Positions 25,343-33,682 of a stretch of 42,429 nt of DNA are shown here, in pieces. Made by a program: the position numbers and the translations under genes. The stretch covers positions 1-42,429 of the forward strand of contig JAJYGR010000001.1 of assembly GCA_021790655.1 (NCBI GenBank), in the 5' to 3' direction. The DNA is from Acidobacteriota bacterium. Its GTDB lineage: Bacteria > Acidobacteriota > Terriglobia > Terriglobales > Acidobacteriaceae. The first letter of the stretch is position 1. Each line of letters starts with the position of its first letter. The notes under the pieces were generated by a model that ran no database searches, was not told the DNA's origin, and saw only the letters and a list, made by a program, of their open reading frames with translations.

Positions 25343-25966
25343 CTAGCTCCTTGAAAATCGTTCAGACCCCCTGCGTGACTGTGGCGGCGGTGGTGCACCG
25401 TATTGCGGTGGCGGAGGCGGCGGTGGTGGCGCACCATATGGAGGAAGCAGTGGAGGCGGTGCGACTCCATTCGCTGTCGGTGGCGGCAGAGGTGGAGGTT
25501 GCGGTGGAGCTACAGCAAGATCGCCCGGAGGAGGTGCGGAAGGAGCTGTTGCGGTCACCGATCCGATACGTCTTCCGGCAGCTTGTGCGATAAGCTGCGC
25601 AGTCATCACCGTGCGTCCTGACACGGAAGGATGCAGTGCTCCGTAGATATTCACACGAGTTCTTAGCGGTGGAATGATGCCTGAGAAGTTGTCCGGCAGA
25701 TCAATCAATGTTCCGTCATCGAGCAGGAAGCCATTGAGCCTTCCATCTTCCGCATAGTTCAGTTGGCGGATGCGTCCCCGCGCTGTGTAGTTCGCGGTCT
25801 GAAGTTGTGTAGGAGCAGAAATTGCCGGATTTGGCTGTACTGTCTGGGGCGCGTTCGCTGCGGATGTATTTGGCGGTGCCGCGGGTGCGGGCGCTTGACT
25901 CGCGCAGCCAGCGATGGAAATCAGAGCCAGGACTGTAGGCACGAAGAGAAAAGTCCTTAATCGCAT
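25343..25966 (-). CDS. Poly-proline lipoprotein B (paralog of 24682-25338)
   Basis: The lipobox is LISIAGC. The core is GRIRQLNYAEDGRLNGFLLDDGTLIDLPDNF...RTRVNIYG. The tail is Pro-rich: PPQPPPLPPP...YGAPPPPPPPPQYGAPPPP. I chose the start at ATG 25966 (G6 RBS); an alternative ATG is at 25984. Confidence 0.7.
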   Translation of the reverse strand: MRLRTFLFVPTVLALISIAGCASQAPAPAAPPNTSAANAPQTVQPNPAISAPTQLQTANYTARGRIRQLNYAEDGRLNGFLLDDGTLIDLPDNFSGIIPPLRTRVNIYGALHPSVSGRTVMTAQLIAQAAGRRIGSVTATAPSAPPPGDLAVAPPQPPPLPPPTANGVAPPPLLPPYGAPPPPPPPPQYGAPPPPQSRRGSERFSRS

Positions 25967-25994
25967 AAGGCGCCCCCCATTCATCCGTGGATAA

Positions 25995-26098
25995 TGCACG
26001 GCTATTGCCAAACGCACAGATTTCCGTTGTGTCCGCGATTCAACAAGATGCATGCAGACGACGCAGATCGAAAGCCATTGTTGACCGCTAAGCGGACA
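25995..26098 (-). promoter_or_regulatory. Sigma54-type promoter with upstream 17-bp dyad (lipoprotein/OMP/SHOCT operon)
   Basis: Read on the minus strand, TGGCAATAGCCGTGCA (26010-25995) has GG-N10-GC. The dyad TGTCCGCTTAGCGGTCA (26098-26082) is centred 81 bp upstream of the GG. The predicted TSS is near 25985. Confidence 0.6.
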
Positions 26099-26189
26099 AT
26101 GGCATGTGACAAAAGCGAACAGAAGATAGAAAGAGCGCCCCAGCTCCGGCAGGAATGGATCAACAGACTTCACCTCCGAACTGCGGATG

Positions 26190-29129
26190 CTAGAAGTTGA
26201 AGTGAGCCTCCAGAAAGATGCTGCGGTTGCCACCTTCAGGCGGCGTGAAGGGGCCGGTAGCCAGCGACTGCGATTTGAAACGCAGAGACGGTGGCGAGGT
26301 AAGCGTGCCGTTCGGCGTGCCTAAGTTCTGATGGTTGAAGACATTCGTGAACATGGCCGCGAAGGTCAGGCCGTACCTGCGAGAGACAGTCGTATCCATC
26401 TTGCCCGGACCTGCGGGACCGCTGCTTAACCCGCCAGGTCCGAGTCCACCCGGATCTCCGCCCGGCGGAGGCGGTGGAGGCCCGCCAGGTTCGCCGCCGG
26501 GTTCGCCTGTCACGCGCGGACCAATGCCGATGATTTTGCTGATGTGGAGATTCAGACCAACATTGGAAGGCCCAGTGCCGAAGCCATAAGGAATAATCTT
26601 TTCGCTGGTTCCTATGGGTTTGGCATCGAGGCAGCCATAAGGCGTGGACACATATTGCGCCGATGTGCCACAACGGGCCGGGTTTGCCATCGTAGGCCGC
26701 GCATTGAATTGGTTGTTGCCGGTAAGGTCGCTGCCAATGGTGATGTTGTAAGGCGTGCCGGAGTTATAGCCGAAGAAGGGCGATACCTGGAAACCATACG
26801 GCGCTGAGATGTTTCCGATGATGTTGATGCGGTTGTGAATGTCGAAACCTGTGCGCCCATCGTCGAACCCAGGGTCCTGCGCGACCGATGGCACATACGC
26901 GACGCCGCTCGTATCGCCTTTCGCATTGTTATAGATGTAAAAGCCGAAAAGACTGAAGCGGCGGTAGCGGGCTGTCCCGGTAAGGATGATCTGGTGCTGG
27001 CGATAGACACCTCCCGATTGATATTGCATCAGGTTTTTGGAAGCTGCCGGTAGCGGCTGGCTTGGATATGTGTTGAGAGTCACTGTGGAAAATGGCGGCG
27101 CTCCGATATTGTTGGTCAAGTATTGATGCACGCCACGCGAGTAGAGGTAGGTGATATTTCCAGTAATGTTCTTCGCCACCTGACGGTCGATGCCCACCGC
27201 TGCCTGCATGTCGTTGGCGACGTGAAAGTCTCTCGCGATGCTGTATTGGGTCAGTGCACTTTCACTAGAGGTTGGATTCGGCGGCTTGATGGCGATACCG
27301 GGACTTGTCTCCTGATAACCCGCAGGATCGGTTACCGTGTAGCCGACTTGGTTGACTCCGTTCTGGTGGATTGCGGTGGTGATGTAAGGCGTGCCCGCAG
27401 TGGAATCGAAGCTGTTTGGCACCGTGAAGCGCTGATAGAACCATCCGTATCCCGCGCGCAACACAGTTTTTGCCGGCTTTCTGCGGGTCGCATGCCCAAG
27501 CGCATAAGCAAAGGAAATGCGCGGCGCCCAATCACTTTTGTCACTGATGCGGTTCTGCGATTCCCAGCGCAGTCCGTAGCTGAAGGTGAAACGCGGGTTG
27601 ACCTTCCAATCGTCCTGATAGAAGAGCGCTGCGTCGAGGACCATCACGCGAGCCGTGTATTTTTTGACTACAGTCACGGCGTACTTTTGCGGTGCTCTGG
27701 CCAGATAATCCGCCGTCGACTGGAATATGTAGGAACCATTGGTTTCGGCGTTCGTGAAATTCGTGTCATCATAGGCGCGCAGGCGTCCGCCGAAGTTCAG
27801 CGAGTGATTGCCCTTGGCTGCCGCGAAGGAGTTCTGCAGCTCAAAGTCGTCCTGGCTGTCATCCACGGCTCCGGAGTTGCTGCCGCCATCGGTGAATGCG
27901 CCCTGCACCGTGACGGTGGGCGAGGTATTCTGCGCAACTTGCTGGCTGCGGATGCGCCGGTACTGGAAGCGGATGTCATCGACGACATTCCTGCTCAAGA
28001 CAAGGCTGTCGCTTAACTGAAATTTGTGTTCGAGGTTGTGCGTGTTGTAGGCCTGCAAGGGCAGGCTTGTTTCTCCCACGCCCTGGTTCGTGTCTACCAC
28101 ACGAAAAAAGTCGTAACGAAGTATCAGCGTGTTTGTGCGGCCAAGCTGCAGATCAATCCGCGGACTCGCATCGATGCGGGAACTGGGATTGTTGAAAGGC
28201 TCGTTCAGCAGCGTTCCGTCTGGATTCGATGGGGTGATGCTGGACGGGTCCGCCGCATCCACCACCTGCACGCTTTGATGGTTGCGCGCAAATGCGCTGA
28301 AGAGGTAAGAAGCATTTGTTGAGAGAGGGCCGCCTACATTGCCGTCAACATCGTAGGAGTGATAGGCGGGTTCCGGGCCTATCAGAAGCGGGTTGCGCGA
28401 GTTGAAAGCCGAATCGTTGCCGCGGGAACCAATTTGCCCGTGCAGTTTGTCCGTGCCAGGTTTGGTGAAGATCTCAATGCGGCCATACCCAAGACGATCG
28501 AACTGCGCCGAGAACGGGTTTTGATTGATCCGAATTTCGCGAATGGAGGATTTCGGCGGAAGCTGCCCTCCGGTAAAGTCATCGATATAGATCTCGCCGC
28601 CATTCGGTCCGGCGGACGGACCCGCCAACGCCTGCAATTCATTCAACAACTCGTCAGGGTCGTCGGAAAGCGCGTCGAGGTCCTTGCCCTGGATGACGAT
28701 TGCGTTGGCATTGCGGCTGGGACTGGTGCTGACAGCTTGGCTCTCATCGCTCACCGTGACTTGTTGCTGCTCTACCTGAATGGAAAGTGCGAAATTCAGT
28801 TCTGTCGATTGTCCCCTGACAACTACGACATTCTGCGCCTGAAACGGAGCGAATCCTGGCGCTGTCACCGTCACACTGTAGATGCCTGTCGCAAGTCCGC
28901 GCATGGCGTAAGTGCCCGTTGCATTGGAGGTCGCCGTCGTGGTCTGCCCCGTGGTTGAGATGACCTTGACAATCGCATTCGGAATCACAGCGCCGGAAGG
29001 GTCTGCCACCTGGCCTCGAAGCGTTCCTGGGTTTCTCCGTCCTGTCTGCGCAGGCACAGAATGCAGGCCAACGATCAGAAGCGCGAGGATCAGGAAACAG
29101 AAACAACGGACCGCTTGATGAATCTGCAT
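26190..29129 (-). CDS. TonB-dependent receptor with N-terminal carboxypeptidase-regulatory-like domain
   Basis: The 979-aa product has a signal peptide and a CarboxypepD_reg-like domain (GTLRGQVADPSGAVIPNAIVKVISTTGQTTTATSNATGTYAMRGLATGIYSVTVTAPGF). It has a plug (IVIQGKDLDALSDDPDELLNELQALAGPS...IEIFTKPG), a long barrel and a terminal ...FLEAHFNF. Confidence 0.88.
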   Translation of the reverse strand: MQIHQAVRCFCFLILALLIVGLHSVPAQTGRRNPGTLRGQVADPSGAVIPNAIVKVISTTGQTTTATSNATGTYAMRGLATGIYSVTVTAPGFAPFQAQNVVVVRGQSTELNFALSIQVEQQQVTVSDESQAVSTSPSRNANAIVIQGKDLDALSDDPDELLNELQALAGPSAGPNGGEIYIDDFTGGQLPPKSSIREIRINQNPFSAQFDRLGYGRIEIFTKPGTDKLHGQIGSRGNDSAFNSRNPLLIGPEPAYHSYDVDGNVGGPLSTNASYLFSAFARNHQSVQVVDAADPSSITPSNPDGTLLNEPFNNPSSRIDASPRIDLQLGRTNTLILRYDFFRVVDTNQGVGETSLPLQAYNTHNLEHKFQLSDSLVLSRNVVDDIRFQYRRIRSQQVAQNTSPTVTVQGAFTDGGSNSGAVDDSQDDFELQNSFAAAKGNHSLNFGGRLRAYDDTNFTNAETNGSYIFQSTADYLARAPQKYAVTVVKKYTARVMVLDAALFYQDDWKVNPRFTFSYGLRWESQNRISDKSDWAPRISFAYALGHATRRKPAKTVLRAGYGWFYQRFTVPNSFDSTAGTPYITTAIHQNGVNQVGYTVTDPAGYQETSPGIAIKPPNPTSSESALTQYSIARDFHVANDMQAAVGIDRQVAKNITGNITYLYSRGVHQYLTNNIGAPPFSTVTLNTYPSQPLPAASKNLMQYQSGGVYRQHQIILTGTARYRRFSLFGFYIYNNAKGDTSGVAYVPSVAQDPGFDDGRTGFDIHNRINIIGNISAPYGFQVSPFFGYNSGTPYNITIGSDLTGNNQFNARPTMANPARCGTSAQYVSTPYGCLDAKPIGTSEKIIPYGFGTGPSNVGLNLHISKIIGIGPRVTGEPGGEPGGPPPPPPGGDPGGLGPGGLSSGPAGPGKMDTTVSRRYGLTFAAMFTNVFNHQNLGTPNGTLTSPPSLRFKSQSLATGPFTPPEGGNRSIFLEAHFNF

Positions 29130-29335
29130 AGCCCTCCAGGAGAATCACAATCGGCAGTACGCCTGATGCGGCTCGGGTATTTCCAGCACCGCAACCTGTA
29201 ATTCAGAGGCTCCACAAGCTGGAATCAGCCTTGACGGTCTTGGCCCCGCATCCGGCTGGGCAAGCCAGTTCTGGAACTGCGGCACGAGAAAAGGCTTCTT
29301 TGTCGGCAAATCCTCCTCCCCACTCAGTCGGAGAA

Positions 29336-29439
29336 GGCACGGCTATTGCCAAAGGAGCGGATCAGCGTGAGACCTTCTATTCAACGAGATACAGATAGAA
29401 GAACATGCGGGATAGAAAATGCTGACCGCTAAGCGGACA
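29336..29439 (-). promoter_or_regulatory. Sigma54-type promoter with upstream 17-bp dyad (TonB-dependent receptor gene)
   Basis: Read on the minus strand, the promoter is TGGCAATAGCCGTGCC (29351-29336). The dyad TGTCCGCTTAGCGGTCA (29439-29423) is centred 81 bp upstream. The whole 125-bp region is a block-wise copy of 25996-26120. The leader to ATG 29129 is about 200 nt. Confidence 0.6.
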
Positions 29440-29533
29440 GCGAGCGTGGCAAAAGCGAACGGAATTTTCAAATCGAGGCAGACCCGGACATTCTTGACGC
29501 GCGCTTCGGTTCTTGCATGAGTGCGGTTGCGGC

Positions 29534-30487
29534 TCAGTGGTGTAGAACGAAGAAGAGGAAAACTCCGTAGGCAATGAAGAGTGCTATCGCATGGCGACGT
29601 ATTAAACGCTTGCGGGGAATCGCGAGTCCGATGACCAAAACCAGGGATGCGAGCATTGCCAGCAGCGGTAGGTGCAATTGATTCATATCCTGCAAGACGA
29701 GCGGATGGACGAGTGCAGCGGCTCCGAGCGTCATCGTAACGTTGTAGGCAAAAGACCCGACAACGCCAGCCACGACCGCTTCCGCTGCTCCGCGCCGGGA
29801 TGCCGACCACGCTAAGACAACCAGCTCAAAACCTGTTGCGAAACCGACCACCGTAAGGCCCAATTTGGTCTGTGTCGATTGAATGTGGCTGATGCGGCGC
29901 ACGGCCTCGACCAGCAAGGTTGCTCCCGCCGCCATCGCGAGCACGCCCGAAACAACAAAGATCAGGTCGAGGCCAACCCTTTTAGATCTGTCGGGGTACC
30001 GGTGAGCTTCCGCAAGCTCTCCCACTTCTCCTAATGTCGGCGGATGTCGCTCGACGATCCAGATCAGCACCACATAGACCAAATAGAGTATTACAAGAAT
30101 GGTCCCCTCGGGCCGGCTTACGTTCCCGTCCCAGGCAAACCAAGCGCCAATGACGCCGAGTGGCAGGCCGAGCAGTGCGTAGCGCAGAGCGCTTCCTGAA
30201 AATGGAAGCGGTGCGATCATCGCGCCAACGCCGAGAGCGATAAGACAGACCGTGACATTGGCTCCGATTACATCTCCCAGCGCAATACCCGGTGAACCGC
30301 GCAACGAAGCCGCCACCGCTGTTGCCAGTTCTTCAGGTTCCGCACCCGCAAGCAGCAGCGCCAGCGCGAAGCTGCTCACTCCTAAAGCGACAGCAGCTTT
30401 TCCAAGGTGTTCGGCGAAAGCCTCGGCTCCCCATACAATGGCACCGATGCCTGCGAGGAAGGCGATGAGCCATAGAAATGTCGTCAT
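29534..30487 (-). CDS. Ca2+/cation antiporter (CaCA family, YrbG-like)
   Basis: The 317-aa product has about 10 TM segments and an internal two-fold repeat layout (…LLLAGAEPEELATAVAA… / …VGFATGFELVVLAWSA…). GDVIGANV fits the family. Confidence 0.7.
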   Translation of the reverse strand: MTTFLWLIAFLAGIGAIVWGAEAFAEHLGKAAVALGVSSFALALLLAGAEPEELATAVAASLRGSPGIALGDVIGANVTVCLIALGVGAMIAPLPFSGSALRYALLGLPLGVIGAWFAWDGNVSRPEGTILVILYLVYVVLIWIVERHPPTLGEVGELAEAHRYPDRSKRVGLDLIFVVSGVLAMAAGATLLVEAVRRISHIQSTQTKLGLTVVGFATGFELVVLAWSASRRGAAEAVVAGVVGSFAYNVTMTLGAAALVHPLVLQDMNQLHLPLLAMLASLVLVIGLAIPRKRLIRRHAIALFIAYGVFLFFVLHH

Positions 30488-30565
30488 GAGTCAATACCTT
30501 TTACATCCAAAATGCTGAATCATGCTGATGACCCTCGTGTCCAACACCGCGTTGGGAGAAATGCA

Positions 30566-33500
30566 CTATCCTTCGTACCGGCGCTTTTCAAATCGTCCGA
30601 AGCGCAGCGCCAATGTAGGCAACACCAACAGATTGAGCGCTGTCGATGTAATCAACCCTCCAAGGATGACAATGGCGAGTGGCCCTTCAATCTCCTGCCC
30701 TGCGGCCCCGCTCCCGATGGCCAGCGGCAGCAGCCCGAGCGCGGTGACGAGCGCCGTCATCAAAATCGGAGCCAGCCTCTCTGAAGCCCCTTGGACGGCG
30801 GTTTCATATCCCCACTCCATCCCTTCCACTTCGACCAGATGCTCGTAGTGCGAGATCAGCATGATGGAGTTACGCAGGGTAATTCCAAAGAGAGTGACGA
30901 ATCCGACCATCGCTCCCAACGAAAGTTCACCGCCGCCGGCAAAGACCGCAAGGACGCCGCCGACCAATGCAAAGGGTATATTCACGAGCACAAGCAACAA
31001 ATTGTGCCAATTCATCAGAACGACGGAAAGCAGCAGTACGATTCCCAGCGCAGCCAGCAACGAGTGGACCAGCAGATCGCGGCGCGATTGCGCCTGGGCC
31101 TCCGCCGTCCCGGTGAACTGCACGTAATCTCCAGGGGCCAGATGCACTTTGGCGGCAATCTGCGCCTGGGCATTTTGGACGAATGCGCTCGTGTTGTTTC
31201 CCGCGACATTCAGCGTGATCGTCTGGACCCGCCGGGCGCCGTCATGCAGTATGTTGTAGCGGCCAGCCTTTTCATACACGCTCGCCAGTTTTCCGAGAGG
31301 AACGTAAATACCTTCCGGACTCTTGATGGGAAGTGCAGCGATGGAGTCCACACGGTTTCTATCTTTGGGCGGCAAAATCACCGACACGGCAAAGACTCGG
31401 TTTCCTTCGTAAATCTCTCCCACCTGCTGGCCCTGATATGCGGTTTGAACGTCCTGCAACACAGTCATCGGGTCGAAACCCCAATGCAGAAGTTCCGGCG
31501 CGCGAAGATCGACCGCCATCTCCGGCGTTCCTGGCGGGGATTGCATTTGGATGTCGGTCGCTCCCGGCACTCCGCTCAAGACGCGCGTGACCTGCTGGGC
31601 TTCTCGATCCAACTGATCGAGATCGTTTCCGTAAATATTGACGACCGTGGACGCGGTGTATCCAGAGATGGTCTCTTCGATGCGCTCGGTGAGAAAAGTA
31701 AGCACGGAAAAGCTCAACCCGGAAAACTGAGAGAGCGTGCTACGGATTTGACCGAGCGCCGCTTCCTCCTGCTCGCCACTCATGGGCTTCAGGTCTACGT
31801 CGATCTCGCTGTAATTCGGCCCCCAGGTGTCTTCGGACAGTTCGGCCCGCCCGACTCTCTGCGAAACGGACCTGATGAACGGAAATTTGTTCAGTGCCGC
31901 CGTCACTTCCCGGCCTATGCGTAAAGAGTCTTCGAGCGAGGTGCCGGGAACGGCGATCATATGCACGATGTAATGGCCTTCGCGAAGTTCCGGTAGAAAG
32001 CTGGTTGAGAAGAAGGGCAACGCCACAACGCCGAGAACAGTCAGGATCACGACGCCGCTCATGACGAGCCGTGGCGCACGCTCAATGCGCGCGAGCACAG
32101 CGCCATATCGCTTCTTGAGCCAGAGGACCACCGGAGGTTCGGTCGTGCGAATCTGACGATGACCCAGGAACAGCAATGAAAGCGCCGGAGTGACCGTCAA
32201 CGCAACAACCAGCGAGGCCAGCACAGAGAGAATGTACGCAATTCCTAACGGAGCGAAAAGCCTTCCCGCAACACCGGAAAGCGTGAGAATCGGCAGAAAT
32301 ACCAGGATAACGGCGAAGGTCGCATAGACCACTGCGCTGCGCACTTCGATGGAAGCATCGAAGACAACAGAAAAAACGGAGCGAGGATGCCCTTGTGCAG
32401 CATTCTCCCGCAGGCGGCGCAGAATGTTTTCGACATCGATGACGGCGTCGTCCACCACTTCGCCGATGGCTATGGCGAGGCCGCCCAGCGTCAGCGTGTT
32501 CAACGAATAGCCCATGTGGTCCATCACGGTGACGGCAATCAGCAGAGACAGCGGGATCGCGGTGCAGGAGATGGCGGCGGTGCGCAGGTCGAACAAAAAC
32601 AAGAAGAGCACGACGATGACAAACGCAGCCCCAAGCAGAAGCGAGTTACGCACATTATGCACAGCGATATCGATAAACTTTGCAGGCTTGAAGAGATCGG
32701 TGCGGATGACGATGCCTTGCTGCTGCAAGGCTGGATTCAACTCCTGGAGCGCCTTTTCTACCTGAGCACTGACATCGGCGGTGTTCGAGCCGTATTGTCC
32801 GGACACTACGATATCCACACCCGTCTTGCCCTCTATGGAAGCGGCCCCGAAAGGCGGCGCTGGCCCTTTGACAACGTTCGCCACTTGGCCTAATGTCGCG
32901 TTGGCTCCATTCTGGCGGACAAGCACGGTGGCGGCGATCTGAGCAGGCGTGAGCGACTGACCTTGCGATTGCAGAATGAGCCGCTGGTTCCCGTTCTCGA
33001 TAAATCCAGCGCCCAAAATTCCTGTGGCCTTCTGCGCCGCGGCGACGACATCATTGAGCGAGAGACCATAGTGGACGAGCTTGTCCGGCAGAAATTGAAT
33101 TTGAATCTGCTTTACTTCGCCGCCGAATATGGACACGCTTGCCACGCCCGGTACTGCAAGCAGACGGGGACGAAGGGTCCAGTCCGCTACCGTTCGCAGA
33201 TCCATCAGGGACTTGCTCTTGGAGGTCAGCCCCAGAACCAGCACCGTTCCCGTGGAAACCGTAAGCGGCGTCATGATGGGCGCCTGCACTCCATGAGGAA
33301 GCTGTGTGGCCACGGTAGCCAGGCGCTCGTTCACGAGCTGTCGGTCAAGGTAGATACCGCTGCTGTTCTTGAAGATCACCGTGATGATGGACAGACCCTG
33401 GATGGAGTTCGAGCGCAGCGAATCGATGCCGGTGACACCGTTGACAACGTTCTCAATCGGCTGCGTTACCAGCAACTCAACCTGCTCCGGGGAAAGACCG

Positions 33501-33661
33501 GGCGCTTCCGTCTGGATGGTTACGATAGGAGGCGCAAACTCCGGGAAGACATCGTACTTCGCCTGCGTGAGCGTGTAGAGGCCATAGCCGAGCGTAGCAA
33601 GGGCGAGCGACAGGACTGCGCCGCGAAAACGGAGCGAGAAGCGAACGATGGTACTCAACAT
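30566..33661 (-). CDS. RND efflux permease (CzcA/CusA-like heavy-metal-efflux type)
   Basis: The 1031-aa product has an N-terminus typical of RND permeases: IVRFSLRFRGAVLSLALATLGYGLYTLTQAKYDVFPEFAPPIVTIQTEAPGLSPEQVELLVTQPIE. It has twelve TM segments and two large periplasmic loops. The metal specificity is inferred from context. Confidence 0.85.
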   Translation of the reverse strand: MLSTIVRFSLRFRGAVLSLALATLGYGLYTLTQAKYDVFPEFAPPIVTIQTEAPGLSPEQVELLVTQPIENVVNGVTGIDSLRSNSIQGLSIITVIFKNSSGIYLDRQLVNERLATVATQLPHGVQAPIMTPLTVSTGTVLVLGLTSKSKSLMDLRTVADWTLRPRLLAVPGVASVSIFGGEVKQIQIQFLPDKLVHYGLSLNDVVAAAQKATGILGAGFIENGNQRLILQSQGQSLTPAQIAATVLVRQNGANATLGQVANVVKGPAPPFGAASIEGKTGVDIVVSGQYGSNTADVSAQVEKALQELNPALQQQGIVIRTDLFKPAKFIDIAVHNVRNSLLLGAAFVIVVLFLFLFDLRTAAISCTAIPLSLLIAVTVMDHMGYSLNTLTLGGLAIAIGEVVDDAVIDVENILRRLRENAAQGHPRSVFSVVFDASIEVRSAVVYATFAVILVFLPILTLSGVAGRLFAPLGIAYILSVLASLVVALTVTPALSLLFLGHRQIRTTEPPVVLWLKKRYGAVLARIERAPRLVMSGVVILTVLGVVALPFFSTSFLPELREGHYIVHMIAVPGTSLEDSLRIGREVTAALNKFPFIRSVSQRVGRAELSEDTWGPNYSEIDVDLKPMSGEQEEAALGQIRSTLSQFSGLSFSVLTFLTERIEETISGYTASTVVNIYGNDLDQLDREAQQVTRVLSGVPGATDIQMQSPPGTPEMAVDLRAPELLHWGFDPMTVLQDVQTAYQGQQVGEIYEGNRVFAVSVILPPKDRNRVDSIAALPIKSPEGIYVPLGKLASVYEKAGRYNILHDGARRVQTITLNVAGNNTSAFVQNAQAQIAAKVHLAPGDYVQFTGTAEAQAQSRRDLLVHSLLAALGIVLLLSVVLMNWHNLLLVLVNIPFALVGGVLAVFAGGGELSLGAMVGFVTLFGITLRNSIMLISHYEHLVEVEGMEWGYETAVQGASERLAPILMTALVTALGLLPLAIGSGAAGQEIEGPLAIVILGGLITSTALNLLVLPTLALRFGRFEKRRYEG

Positions 33662-33682
33662 GGTGTTTTCCTCTGGCCTTTA

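Noticed and set aside
24611-25621. Several plus-strand ORFs rich in Gly/Arg/Glu (for example 24611-24868, 24983-25354, 25050-25265, 25351-25593).
   Set aside because: They are the antisense or shifted readings of the CCN-rich poly-proline coding repeats on the minus strand. They have no signal peptide, RBS or domain logic. The minus-strand frames have lipoboxes, a conserved core domain and operon-like spacing.
29336-29351. Plus-strand reading of the promoter element, aGGCACGgctaTTGCc, which is an even better match to the sigma54 consensus than the minus-strand reading.
   Set aside because: There is no plus-strand gene downstream, since the next genes are all on the minus strand. The conserved dyad would then lie downstream of the promoter. 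The element is nearly palindromic, so the minus-strand reading is the biologically coherent one. Bidirectional binding cannot be excluded.
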